Shown piece by piece: positions 13,165-25,260 of a stretch of DNA of 64,000 nt (positions are counted from its first letter, which is position 1; each line of letters opens with the position of its first letter). Under the pieces are notes generated by a model. The model did no database searches. It worked only from the letters and a program-made list of their open reading frames with translations, and was not told the origin of the DNA. A program made the translations under genes and the position numbers. The stretch covers positions 109,926,001-109,990,000 of the forward strand of contig OX597818.1 of NCBI GenBank assembly GCA_951406725.2. The letters are read 5' to 3'. This DNA comes from Octopus vulgaris. Its lineage: Eukaryota.

Positions 13165-14246
13165 CCACACACACAAATACACGTGTGTGTGCACACACAC
13201 ACACACACACACATTCTGAGTATTTTGTTGTTGGCTACTTATGTGCTCAGGTAGTTTTGAGGGGTATAACAAATAAAAGTCATATCGAAGCTGTTGGTTT
13301 CAGTGTCTGTTGTTAAATACTGGGATGAGCCATTGACATGTGTGAGGCAGCATTATGAAGATGTTTGGAGAGAAAATTGGAAAGGTTCTGAGTCAGTGCA
13401 GGGAGCAAATGGGTAGGAATGAACACCAAGATCACAAGGGGATTCTGTTCCCTTCTACTTTGATTTCATTGCCTTGCCTTTGAGAGTCAATAAGTAGCAG
13501 AAATAGTGTGAGAAACTGCTGTACGAGCCAGTGTGGGATGTGTGACCTGCTTAGTACTATGGATTCTCTGAATGAGCTTCAAGGAATATGAGTTTGACCA
13601 AAGCAAAGTTTATTATGTTCCTGCTGTTGTAGCATTGAGAACCCTTTGTATGAATTTTTTACCATGGAATGAAAATATTGAACTGATATTGTATGGTTTT
13701 AATTTATCATCATCATCATCATCATCATTTAATATCCATTTTCCATGCTGGTATGGGTTGGATGGATTGACAGGAGCTGGCTAGGCCAGGGGCTGCACCA
13801 GATTCTGTTGTCTGTTTTGGCATGGTTTCTATGGTTGGGATGCCCTTCCTAATGCCAACCACTCCATTGAGTGTACTGGGTGCTTTTAATATGACCCCAG
13901 CACCGACATTCACCAAGCAACTTGCAAGACAAAACTCCTTGGCTAGGAGGAGGAGCTTTGTGCCAGTTGAGAGGTTAAGGGTATAGAGGGACAAGGATAG
14001 GCATCTTGCAGTTGAGTACCCCAGCTGGAAAAGAAAGGAGATCAAGTTAGTAGGATAAAAAGAGCAATAGTGTGAGAGAGGATAGCAAAGATGTGTCGAG
14101 ACATGCCCTCGAGGGCCAGAAGGTGTGGTGAGAATAAGCACCAATTATTATATTTGGTTCAGAAAATTATTAATTTTATTTTATATTATATTTTGTATTA
14201 TATTTTTTTATCTAATTAAAATTTTTATCTATTTTCTGTTTTTCAG

Positions 14247-14405
14247 GGCACAAGCACAATATTTCCCATTTTGCCAATTTCCATAATAATGTGCTTGGCG
14301 TTTGTAATATATCACAAATCTCCTACACACATATACATGAACCATCCATGCTTGTATGTGATCAGCTTTGGCATGGCATCAGCAAAAATAACAAACAAAC
14401 TAGTG
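14247..14405 (+). CDS. CEPT1: CEPT1-like coding exon, 159 bp
   Basis: ttttcag acceptor, gtaagc donor, phase 0; GTSTIFPILPISIIMCLAFVIYHKSPTHIYMNHPCLYVISFGMASAKITNKLV matches family HPCLY...FG...AKITNKLV. Confidence 0.95.
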
Positions 14406-15419
14406 GTAAGCAGACTATTTGAGCTTGTAACTTAATTATTTGTGTTGTAGCTCAGTTGTTGTTATTGACATGAGGTGAGCCCCTGATTAAGAAGATCTAA
14501 CTACAAAAGATGTTCCAGCTGTGACCATTCCATCATCATTTAACGTCCATTGCCCGTGCTGACTGGGCTGGCATGCTGGAAGGCTGCACCAGACTCCAGT
14601 CTGATTTGGCATGGTTTTCTACGGCTGGATGCCCTTCCTAACACCAACCACTCCGAGAGTGTATTGGGGTGTATTTACATGCCACCGGCACAGGTGTCAA
14701 TTTGCAGGACACTGGTATCTTCCACGACTTTGCTCAGCTTGATGGGTCTTCTGTTTGTATTTCTAGGGTATTGTTAAATGAATTCTTTCTTTTTGTAGCC
14801 TTTCTTCTTTACAAGATGGCATTCAAATAAAAAGGCATGGATGACTTAGAACTTTTTTGAAAAGTGGCTTACAAACACTTTTTGTCCTGCCGTAGAATGG
14901 TACAATTCCAGATATAACATTTACAACACAGTATTGTTCAAATAAAACAATGCACCAAGTCATCCAGTGAAAATAAATGTGAGACTAGAATATATTTCCA
15001 AGAATTTCTTGGATCAAGATGTTGTGGCTGACTTTAAGACATCTTTTGAGAAGGACTTTCGGGCAACTTATAAAAGCAATTGACAAATCTACTGGAAAAA
15101 ACTCAATGCATGCTGTGGATCCCATAGCTAAGTGATGGAATGAAGTAAAACACTCAACTTTGAATGATATTGCTGTTGATGTTGATACAACCCAAAACAT
15201 TTTGCCATTACATAAATTCTCTTAGAGAAAAATGAATTTTCCCGTTGATTTCCATATCATAAAGTGATGTGTTCTGACAGATTTTTTGATGTCTGTGAGA
15301 TATGTTTATTAATAAATTACATCCAGTTTGGTGGTTGGTGTAGCTTTTAATTCCAAAGTTGGGAGTTAGACCTTCCAGGATTTTCCATATGTATGTCACT
15401 GCCTATCTGAGAGAGAGAG

Positions 15420-15486
<67 letters not shown>

Positions 15487-16699
15487 TGTATGCATGTCAG
15501 TGAAGGACATCTGGATTATATACTACATTGTAAGTTTGTAAAATGTATCTGGACTATATATACACTCATGTATAAATTTTTAACTAAGTTTTTTCAATTA
15601 AATTTTATTTCCATCTTTTTATGTGAGTATATACTTTTTGCAATGTCTCTCTTTCACATATATCCGTGGGCCTATAATGCACTCTAAAATACCCAAATTT
15701 GAAAGAGAATTGATGAAATATTTATAAACACATAGCCAACAAACTCTGCCTCCTTAAACACAAAGGTTAAAATGTCTACATATTAATCAAAGTGCTTATA
15801 GAACAATGAACCCCAAAAGAGAAACATAGAGACAAACAACCTTTATACCTACCTACATTCTCTTTTGAACATCAAAGCACAACAGAAAGAAGTTTCCATG
15901 CAAACAACACCATGACATGCCAGACTAATGACCTTCACCTTCCAAACACAAACAAGAAATGCTTCAAATAACAACAAGTCAAGAAACTGACCAGCTAAAA
16001 CACACCATTTGCTTAGATTCTTTTTTGAACTTTTAAGTAATACCATTGAAAAAAACAAAGATGACACACCCAATTACTAAGTTTTTTAACATTGGTCTTT
16101 GTACCTAGCACCTTTACATTGTCAAAGCAAAGGATCGAATCCAGTGAAACTACTGGCACATCCTAGACCTGCCTACGTCCTCTTTGTGAACCACTTAAAG
16201 CCAATCCCATGGCCTGAAGGGGACACACCTGAATATACATGCCTGCTTACAAAGTTCTACATACATAAATAAATTCTAAGCAATAACTTAACCCTAAATT
16301 TAATCAATAAAATTTTCTTCAAAACGCCTTTCCATAACAACCAACTCTATAACCTAATTACCACTCCACTTGAATCCACACACCCAAGGATGATTTTAAC
16401 TCAACAGAGACTATAGAAAGGCAAGATCAACTTCAATGCATCACAGTCTGACGATGACTTGAATAAAGACTTAGCTGAATAAAACTTTGAAGTCACTGTC
16501 AATAATATTCTTGTTTAAGAATAATAAATTTTTACTCTACAAAAGCAGAGAGTAAGCCATCGGATGAATGTGAAATTGTTTTTTTATAACTGAACATAAA
16601 AACAAACATTAATATCTATTCATCCATCCATCCATGTTTTGATCTAAATATCTGTCTATCAATCTCTCATTCTTTTTGTTTTTTTGTTTTTTAAAGCAT

Positions 16700-17065
16700 T
16701 TGCTCGTTACAAGGTCGTTAGACCACTGAAAACATAAGAGCTACTAGAATAAAGTGGATGCTAAACAGAAGTCAGTAGGTGATGATGTACATTAGACTTA
16801 AAAGACTGGAGGAGGTCATACTAAAGAGGAAAAACAAGAACTGTGGAAGGGAATTCCAAAGTTCAGAGGTGTGAGGGAAGAAACTGGTTTCTGTAAAGTG
16901 CTTTATGACACTTAGGAGGTTGCACAGTATACTGATGAAAACTGGATGCAAGTCTAGTTGATCGCTGATAAGTTCTTAAAGAAGGAAGAACCAGAGAAGA
17001 GAGCTCAGCAGAACAATGTCCATGAAAATACTTATAGACAAGAGACAAAGAAGCCCCACGATGAT
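16700..17065 (-). mobile_element. Degenerate CR1/L2-group LINE 3' fragment
   Basis: SLVYKYFHGHCSAELSSLV...TRLASSFHQYTV...FLP...LWNSLP typical of ORF2 C-termini. Confidence 0.7.
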
Positions 17066-17376
17066 GTGTCTCTTTATCTATTTAGGCTCCCTATCTATCT
17101 GTACATCTATCTCTATAGCCATAAACCTCTTATATATATCCTTAAACTTATAAAACCATTATGTCTATGAATCTATTACAGAACATTAAACCAACCTTCT
17201 ACCTCGCTTTCACCTCCTTCTACTCTGCTGCATTTTATTCTATTCCATCTTGTTTTACTTCATTTTCTTTCGTCTTCCCACCTCTACCTTTCCTAACCTC
17301 TCCTACCAATGTTGTTATCCTCTTACCTTAATTCGCATGACGATGTACTTAATGTGAAAACATTCTCTCCTTCCAG

Positions 17377-17502
17377 ATTGCACACATGACACGCAGTGAG
17401 ATGGACTTGCTTGACTACACGTTGCTAGGGCCACTCTTTGTATGCCTCAACCAATATTTTGACTGTAAACTAAATGAAGTCTTCGTTCTATGGATATTTT
17501 GT
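17377..17502 (+). CDS. CEPT1: CEPT1-like coding exon, 126 bp
   Basis: ccttccag acceptor, gtaagt donor, phase 0; IAHMTRSEMDLLDYTLLGPLFVCLNQYFDCKLNEVFVLWIFC matches family AHMTKSEM...GP...NQYF. Confidence 0.95.
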
Positions 17503-17704
17503 GTAAGTATCAGTTTGCCACCAAACGCCACGGAATCACAGCTGTGATGGCACTCATTTCAAGCATGCGGTTTCTGTGGCCTTTCCTTTTGATTTTTGTT
17601 TCTGCACTTAATTGTTAGCAGTCAGGACACTACATCCTTCAAAATTTCCATGCTTCCTGAAATTGCTCATCAGTACACACCTGAAGTTCCCTCCGTCTTC
17701 TTTT

Positions 17705-18727
17705 TACTATCTCCGCCTTAGTAAGACAGAGGTATTGTTTTCAGTTGTGTTTGTTTGTTTGTGGGCAAGATATCTCAAGAACCGCTGGATACATTTAAAT
17801 GAAACTTTCAGGAATGTTTAGCCTTGTGACTGGCACAAATTGATTAGATTTTGGGATCAATCCGGTACTGGACAAGGATTCTGGATTATTTGTTATATTT
17901 ACTTTACATGAAGTATTACGATCTTACATTGACTTTCAAGTCTTTCTCTGTTTATCTCCCTTGAAAGCACACTCCTGGTTTCCATGTAAGTAATGGCAGC
18001 ATTGCTGCTTCCAAAGTTTTATTTTGGTTCCTCTGTTATTAATTTTACTCGTCTCCCTATCTTAGTAGAAACTGATGGATAAAGAAATCAAACTACATAA
18101 ACAAACAGCAGCAAAACCGTTCAGAAATTAAATAACACTAACATATTCAGTAACAATAATAAATTTAATTTATCCTCAAAAATTTTTAGTTTTACCAATT
18201 TTGAATATGTCACTCCTGTTTAAAACTTCTTACCTACTTGACAATTTCTAGCTCTGCCTTGAAGGAAGCTTTACTTCTTGGACTCACGATGTTGTTAAAC
18301 CTCTGTTAATAACACCATATGCAGGTCCTTTCCGTTTTCTTTCACGCATGGGGAAATTTTTAACTATAGACTTTAATTGTCGTAGAGACACTATATCAGT
18401 GGATAGACTAAAAAAAAGGCCTTCATAGAGAAAACTGTCCCTGTTCCCACTGCAGACAACACACACAGCATTAAAAACACAGCCTGCACCTTCACATTCC
18501 ATGAATACCATTGGGATTGATCAGGTACTGGACAAGGATTCTGGATTATTTTTCTGTTTTTTTTACTTCATTTTTGAGAGCGGTTGGGTTCATTTTTAGT
18601 ATTCTCGTTTATGAGAGCAGTTGTGTTTATTTCAGACATTCTCATTTTAAAAATCGTTTTCAGCTAAACATTGAGAGGATGTTGGTGTTGTCTTGGCAGA
18701 GGTTTGTGCTCTTTGAGTGTTCTTGCT
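17705..18727 (+). mobile_element. Helentron-associated (DINE/HINE-like) element, interrupted
   Basis: T-rich start, subterminal ctccgcc / ggcagag inverted motif, (gttt)n microsatellite, 3' gtgctctttgagtgt hairpin; 17851-17891 duplicated at 18511-18551 around an insert. Confidence 0.55.
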
Positions 18728-18960
18728 TAAAGCAACTCGTTCACTGTTCACGTCCTGTGCATTATTCTATGTATGGTTTGTGCCACTTTGGGCTACTTTC
18801 TTTGATGAGTTGTAGTGCATCTGAACACTGCAAAGAATAAGTTCTTTATTATCATTATATGAGTGGTCCATTTTGTCAGCTTGATAGACTGAGACAAGCA
18901 TCCATGTACCATGACCAGTAAAATACTATTACCTGAATTATATATAGTTTATAAATACTA

Positions 18961-19124
18961 GGCACAGGAGTGGCTGTGTGGTAAGTAGCTTGCTTACCAA
19001 CTGCATGGCTCCGGGTTCAGTCCCATGCGTGACACTTTGGGCAAGTGTTTTCTACTATATCCTCAGGCCGACCAAAGCCTTGTCAGTGGATTTGGTTGAC
19101 GGAAACTGAAAGAAGCCCGTCATA

Positions 19125-19155
<31 letters not shown>

Positions 19156-19352
19156 TTGTGGGTCTATGTTTGTCCCTCCACCATCACTTTACAACTGATG
19201 TTGGTGTGTTTATGTCCCCATAACTTAGCGGTTTGGCAAAAGGGACTGATAGAATAAGTACTAGGCTTACAAAGAATAAGTCCTGGGATTGACTAAAGGC
19301 AGTGCTCCAGCATGGCCACAGTCAAATGACTGAAACAAGAAAAGAATAAAAG
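18961..19352 (+). mobile_element. SINE family A: tRNA head, CORE-like segment, internal (TG)n, CR1-like 3' tail; full-length copy
   Basis: A box gtggctgtgtggtaag, B box gggttcagtccc, ttgggcaagtg, tail gctccagcatggccacagtcaaatgactgaaac. Other copies near 2520-2905, 3345-3945, 4105-4655, 9680-9920, 11020-11330, 40750-41141, 43043-43850, 51170-51657, 52380-52695, 53030-53690, 59935-60350, 63365-64000. Confidence 0.9.
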
Positions 19353-20248
19353 AAAACTGGAAGAATTTGAGCTGTGAGCCTTCCTTGATTGTAAGACAGA
19401 ATATAATTCTTTCCCCAGTGTTGCTACTGGGCACCAATTAAGTCAGTCCTTGTCTTCCTCTGTAACTGTGAAACTTGGATGCTGTCCAGGGCCCTTAGGA
19501 ACCACTTGAACTCCTTTGGTACCAGGATGCTTCATGGGATTATGAGTTGCCATTGGTCAGATTTTGTCTGCAACAAACAACTCTTCTCAGAAAGTGAGGT
19601 GCATTCTGTTACTTGGAGGATTTGGGAGTCCCAGCCCCGACTGTTTCCTTATGTTGCTTGATCTTCTGAGTTAGACCCTTTTTACCACTCTTCACTAAGG
19701 ATCTAGCTGGGTTGATGGCTTGTGAAGGTCAACCATATGCCACATGGTCCCGGAGATGGTGGGGGGTGACTGGGACTCTGCTTGATGGGTCACCTGGGAA
19801 CACCTGGGAATCTGCCAACAAATGATGAATGCAACAATACTCTGCAATGATGCTGTCCCTCTACATCTCACCTCACCAGCATCTGTGTGTGACTGAGGCA
19901 GTGATTGCATATAAACATACACTTGTGTTGCAGTTTTACGTTCGACATCATTCAACAATGAAAATGAAACATTATTAATCTCTTTATCTGTTAATCTGAA
20001 CTTTGTCATCTAGTTTTATTAATTTTATCCTGTGTTGCATAGATTTGAAAGTACCCTTATCTCCTGTAGAAATATTGGATTGCAACTGGATGCTGAACTT
20101 CAGTTATCTTATTTAAACCAGGTAAAGTGTGTGAAATGGAACGATGATGGAGTTTATGTAGGATGGTAAACCATGATCCTTGTCCTGGTCTGATACTAGG
20201 ATATTAAGCCTTGCAATTTAGCATGAGTACCTGACACTATTAATGGGT

Positions 20249-20546
20249 ATTATTTACATTTGACTGATATCTGTAGTGGTTAAGAGCGTGGGCTACTAAC
20301 CCCAAGATTCCGAGTTCAATTCCCGGCAGTGACCTGAATAATAATAATGATAATAATAATAACAACAACAACATCGAAAAATACCTTAGAAATGAGAACC
20401 CAGGTTCAAAATTATCCCAAGACACCTGATGAAGGCTGGAGGGTATATCAGCTGAAACTTTGTGTTAACAACAAACAAGATGAGAACAAATATCCACCAA
20501 ATGTAAATAATGTACATAATTCCTTATCTCTTAAATATAGAACTGT
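20249..20546 (+). mobile_element. tRNA-headed SINE-like element carrying a hammerhead motif, with a short inverted copy of its 3' end at the 5' side
   Basis: tRNA-like head gtagtggttaagagcgtgggctactaacccc...gagttcaattccc (A/B boxes), (AAT)n linker, hammerhead; 20249-20270 is an imperfect reverse complement of 20490-20511. Confidence 0.7.
20421..20466 (+). ncRNA. Hammerhead ribozyme motif within a tRNA-headed repeat (helix III mutated)
   Basis: GACAC CUGAUGA A GGCUG-loop-CAGCU GAAA CUUU GUGUU; helix I GACAC/GUGUU; sister copy at 59728 retains the palindromic AACGUU. Confidence 0.65.
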
Positions 20547-20794
20547 ACTATTGGGGTTGTCAGGTTTCACTCTATTCCATGCACCTATGCAAGACCCTGT
20601 TGTTAGCCTTGGCCGTTTTAGTTTACTGCTTAATAAAATTTCTAGCTGGAACTGTCCAGTTTGACATGGAAGTTATAACTGTAAAGTTTTAATCTCATCA
20701 GTTCAGATATGATTTTGTTTTTATTTTCAGGAAGATATTTCTAGAAAGTTAAATGAATTATGTTCAAACTTATGATTAAAAGAAAGAATGAATA

Positions 20795-21366
20795 GAACAT
20801 GGGGGCTCAATAGATCATGTAGATGTGAGGATGTTATCGACACTTGGAACAGACACAATCCTCAGACAGATTACGGAGGCAGTACACATAATAGAAAATA
20901 GACTGATCCTCAACAGAAAATGTGTATGAAGTAATAATACCCCTCCATTCCACTTCACCCTGTAACCTGATGACTGATGACAGAATAGGGAAAATAAATA
21001 AATAAAAGACATGGGTACAAACAGTATAATATAGAAACCCATACACACACAAAGACATATTATAAATACCAAGCACATAGACACACTCACAGATACAGAC
21101 ATAAACACAAGTGTAGATAGGGATACATACCATGGGGGAACAAAATAGAATAAAGACAGGACAAGACTTGAGAGAGGTTACCGGATGTGTGATGAATGAA
21201 CTCTGATGAATAAACTAATAATAATAATAATAAAGCTAAAGTGACGAGCAAACAGTGTGTGTGTGTGTTTAACTGGCAAAAGATGACCCTCCACAAATAT
21301 AACAATATTTGCCTCAACACATGATTTCACATCAAGAATCTAGCAAAACAAATACAGAAAGAATAA
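20795..21366 (+). mobile_element. 3' fragment of a Penelope-like element (GIY-YIG endonuclease C-terminus, 3' UTR and tail)
   Basis: EHGGSIDHVDVRMLSTLGTDTILRQITEAVHIIENRLILNRKCV* resembles the H..G...RQ..EAV.I....LN.K.EW end of PLE endonucleases; lone CTGATGA at 21203; ends in the shared MTL...CxNTxxHIKNLAKQIQK tail. Confidence 0.6.
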
Positions 21367-21487
21367 ATAATTTTACATTTAAGAACAATCAATGTTATAT
21401 ATTTTGTTTTGTTATCTTAGATTTATCCTTTTTTTTCATTATTCTACAAACGATATAAAATGTTTAATTTTCTTTATCCTTTTCTAG

Positions 21488-21637
21488 ATTTACTGCACAT
21501 GTAACCTGTTATATTTTGCCAGACAAGTCTGCCTACAAATAAGCAGATATCTAAACATCTATATTTTCACCATTACGAGAAAGCCAAACCAGGTGAAGGA
21601 AAACACTAGAAACAACCGAACTCGTCAGAATCATTAG
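21488..21637 (+). CDS. CEPT1: CEPT1-like terminal coding exon (49 aa + TAG)
   Basis: Pyrimidine-rich tttctag acceptor, phase 0; IYCTCNLLYFARQVCLQISRYLNIYIFTITRKPNQVKENTRNNRTRQNH* resembles family VC.QI...L.I..F.I C-terminus. Confidence 0.88.
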   Translation: MYCTCNLLYFARQVCLQISRYLNIYIFTITRKPNQVKENTRNNRTRQNH

Positions 21638-23215
21638 GGGCCTACTTCCAAGTCCAGCAAACCCTGTTGTCATTACAACCCGTCTTTGGTCTGGCATGAC
21701 AAGCACCAGCAGAAATCCAATCATTGACAATACTTCCTGAATATGGCAACTAATTTGTTGGAGTCTTTTTTTTTTGTCTTTCATTCTCTAACTTCGTGAA
21801 CAGGAAATGGTATTATTGCAGATAAGCACTAGTCTGTTAATGGAATGGACCAAGGGACTTTTATTCTACAACCGACCTTTCAATACACTAAATGCTGTCT
21901 GTATAGTATTGAAGTGACTTCATATTATAAACTAGTGCCCATCACAACCAATTAACACGAGTGATGTTTTGAAATTAATCTGTATTTTTACCAAAATCCC
22001 CCCCTCCCCTTCCCCACCATTTTGTTTTATTTGCCTCTATCTGGCCAAAAAGATAGTATGTGTGGTTACATAATATTTTTGTTATCATTATTATTATTAT
22101 TACTATTATTATCATCATCATTATCATTTGTATTGTATTAATTGAGTGAATTTATATATAATTTTTTTTTTTTTTTATTTTATTTTAAAAACTGAGTTTA
22201 GATTTAGTCTCCATAGCAAATCCCCTCCCCCCACATCCGTATTTCTGAACTAAAAGGAAAGACAATTAGGAAAATCAAATAAAAAAAAAAAACAAAAGCA
22301 TAAACATTTTTTTTTTTTATTTAAGTGCTGAAAGAAGTTAAAACATAATTGTGCACGTTTAAACAATTTGACAAAGCTGAGCAAATTTTATGAAAAGAGT
22401 AATTGATTCCTAAATAAATTTGGTAATATCATTCATATTAAAAAAAACCCAAAGACTTTCCTTATTTCTTCTAGTTTTGGTTTTAATAGGGAAAAGGGAG
22501 ACAACAAACACAAAACATGATTCCTAACTCTTAATTTTTTTTTTTGACAACTTATTATTCTTAGATTGTGAAGTTTAAATATATATTTTAATCAAAATGA
22601 TAAATAAATAAATAAACAGTTTTTTTTTCTTTTATATGTTAAAGGTTTTATTTTGTTCTCCAAATTGAAATACAATAATTTCTTAAATTGTTTTTTAAAG
22701 CCACTTCATGTATGCACCAAGGAGATTGAGAATTTTTGAAACAGGCTTTGCTGGCCCCGGTATAGATTTGACACTGCTAAACAAATTGAGCCCAATAAGT
22801 GACTCCTTTCAGAAATTCATTGTACACTTCTAACAATGTTTTTCATTTCAGTCAAGTTATTACAAATTCGAATACATTAGAAGGATTGCAAAGCAACCAG
22901 GCTTTGGAGCATTTAAGTCAAACAACTATTTAGAGTAATATTTCTATTTTCAACCAAAATATTTGTAAATGTAGATATTTGTGAGACAGAATTTGTCATA
23001 CAAAGAAACTGTGAACCTCTTTTATTTTCTGTTTTTGCATTTTTCATTATTTTCAGATTATTTAATAAGGCTGAATTAAATTACTCTTGTATTAAACTAA
23101 GGCTTCAAGGAAAAATTAAGCACCATCAAGTGAGATAAATCAATATAAATAGATGAAAGAATACAGAAAACAATACAAGATCAAATAAACAGTTCCTATC
23201 GGGTCTAATAAACAT
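21638..23215 (+). other. Putative 3' UTR of the CEPT1-like gene (end uncertain)
   Basis: Repeat-free, U-rich sequence after the stop with several AATAAA hexamers (near 22278, 22413, 22603-22616, 23184, 23207); no transcript data, so the true end is unknown. Confidence 0.4.
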
Positions 23216-23509
23216 CATTGAAAGGTAAAGTATTTGATGAGATCAAATTAAAATCTCGCAAGATTTTAGATTAATTTTCAGGTCGTTAACAAGTTCTACT
23301 TAATTTTGTCATTTCATCCTGAATCTTTTTATTTTATTTCTAAATCTGACCTGAAGCTACTTTCAGTTAGTTTAATACCAACTAAAATAAATTTTTTGAT
23401 GGCAAGAGTTTTTCTCTCTTATCCTTTATTATTTCAAGGTTCTGTTTCATATTTTACAAAACATTTTGATTAAACTGAGGAAGCTGTTTTATTATACAAA
23501 AAAGGGCAG

Positions 23510-23920
23510 TGGGGAGACAGAAGCAAAAAGGATAGCTGTACTGTTGGCAGATTTCAGTAAGCATAGAAGTCTTGAAGGATGTAATGTCTCAACAGCTAAC
23601 GACTGATGTGGGTAGTTTTTTTCCCATGTTTCAGCAATTCTGAATGTGAAAACATTGTGAATGTCGTGAGTGCTGTGTTGGTTTTTTTGATTTTGTAAGC
23701 ATGTCCACGAGTGTTGGACATACGGAATTCAAAAAGGTGTCCAAGGTTGTTGTTGGAAAGATGGTGGATAATCTTGTGGGTGTCTTCCAAGTCAGTTGCC
23801 GAACATTGAAGCTTTAATGGAAGACATTCAGAGTATGGCAGATGCCTGATGGTGGGTATTCATTTGGTTTCATATTTCTGAACAGTTTCCAGGAGAGTGA
23901 TATGCAGAGCAAGACAGGGG
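23510..23920 (-). mobile_element. Degenerate CR1 LINE 3' fragment
   Basis: DLEDTHKIIHH...LFEFRMSNTRGHAYKIKK on minus strand with frameshifts. Confidence 0.7.
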
Positions 23921-24799
23921 TCATGCAAACTTTTTGTTCCTGTATAATGGTGAATTCAAATCCTACCCATATCTGTTTCATCTTCCACTTCTAAAAGACA
24001 TTTGAGTGATGTAATTGAAGGTCACTTCAATTGACCCTTTATTTTGAAGTTATCAACTTGTGCCAATTTGATGCTGAAGTTGGTGGTGTGAAGAAAATGG
24101 TACAGAACCAAACTAGATGAAAAAGAGTGAATGTTCATGGCTTAAATCTTGAGCATTCAAACTGGCAGTGAGGGGCCCAAGTGAAGGTGCATGGCTTAGT
24201 GGTTAGGGCATTCAGCTCTCAATTGTAAAGTTGTAAGTTCAATTTCTGGCAGTGCTTTGTCTTTGAGCAAGACACTTTATTTCATTCCATTCAGTTGTCA
24301 AAAACGAGTACCTGTAATTCAAAGGGTCACCCTTATCCTCTTCTGTGTCATGATGAATCTCCCTCAGAACTACGTGTGAAAGGTTCATTAATTTCATGAG
24401 CAGGCTGTTCCTTTGATTGAACCAACTGGGACATTCAGCACCATTAGTGATGGGCAGCCAGGCCACCAGGCCCAAATAGTCTATTTTTTGCTAAAACTGA
24501 CCAGATAATGCTTCTCACACCTACCCTACAACATCTTAAAACTACAAGATAATATATGATTAATCAATGTGAATAAATAAAGCATTACATTTGACAGAGG
24601 AACCTGGATACTGAAGGGTTAAACAGCTTTAATCAAAAGCCTGCTCAGGCAGGACTTATGTGACTTAAACAACAGCAACAACAACATAAGAGTATTTAGC
24701 TTCTTTTTACTTGAATGCCAGCCTGCTTTTGTTGTAGCTTGACAAACAAAGCAAGTTACACAAATATTGCATAACTTTTGACTCAACACAATATTAATT

Positions 24800-25260
24800 G
24801 TCATCATCATCAATGTTTAACGTCCGTTTTCCATGCTACCATGGGTTGGACGGTTCGACACCAGAGTCTGGGAAGCCAGGAGGCTGCACCAAGCTCCAGT
24901 CTGATCTGGCAGTGTTTCTACAGCTGGATGCCCTTCCTAATGCCAACCACTCCATAAGTGTAGTGGGTGCTTTTTACGTGCCACCAGCACAGGTGCCAGG
25001 GGACGCTGGCAGCGGCCACAATCGGTTGGTGCTTTTTACGTGCCACCGGCACGGAAGCCTGTCAAGGCGGAGCTGGCATCAACCACATTCGGATGGTGCT
25101 AAATATGTGCCACCAGCACAAGAGCCAGTCAAGGTGGCGCTGGCATCAGTCACATTCGGATGGTGCTTTTTACGTGCCACCGGCACAGAAGCCAGTCAAG
25201 GTGGCGCTGGCAGTGACCACGATCTGTTGGTGCTTTTTACGTGCCACCGGCACAGGTATC
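24800..25260 (-). mobile_element. Retroposon family C: (GAT)n tail and variable tandem 60-65-nt subrepeats
   Basis: (cat)n-gtttaacgtccg..ccatgct..catgggttgga...cagctggatgcccttcctaa. Other copies near 455-690, 1855-2120, 5287-5740, 7305-7580, 8490-8705, 10285-10600, 13705-13930, 14530-14700, 28385-28580, 29957-30270, 31680-31967, 32460-32640, 33875-34330. Confidence 0.85.

Noticed and set aside
15690-16440. Decayed Penelope-like ORF upstream of the broken hammerhead
   Set aside because: A/C-rich and suggestive, but no motif can be read reliably without a profile search
20070-20121. 52-bp cryptic poison exon (tgtag...cag|gtaaag)
   Set aside because: Only generic splice-like signals, no other support
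20273-20335. Functional tRNA gene
   Set aside because: 5'-truncated, no acceptor stem or terminator; it is a SINE head, as are the other tRNA-like stretches
21196-21250. CTGATGA in the PLE 3' UTR as a hammerhead
   Set aside because: Expected position, but GAAA and the helices are not recognisable
24960-25260. Regularly spaced repeats as a CRISPR array
   Set aside because: Eukaryotic context, spacers are homologous to each other, no cas genes
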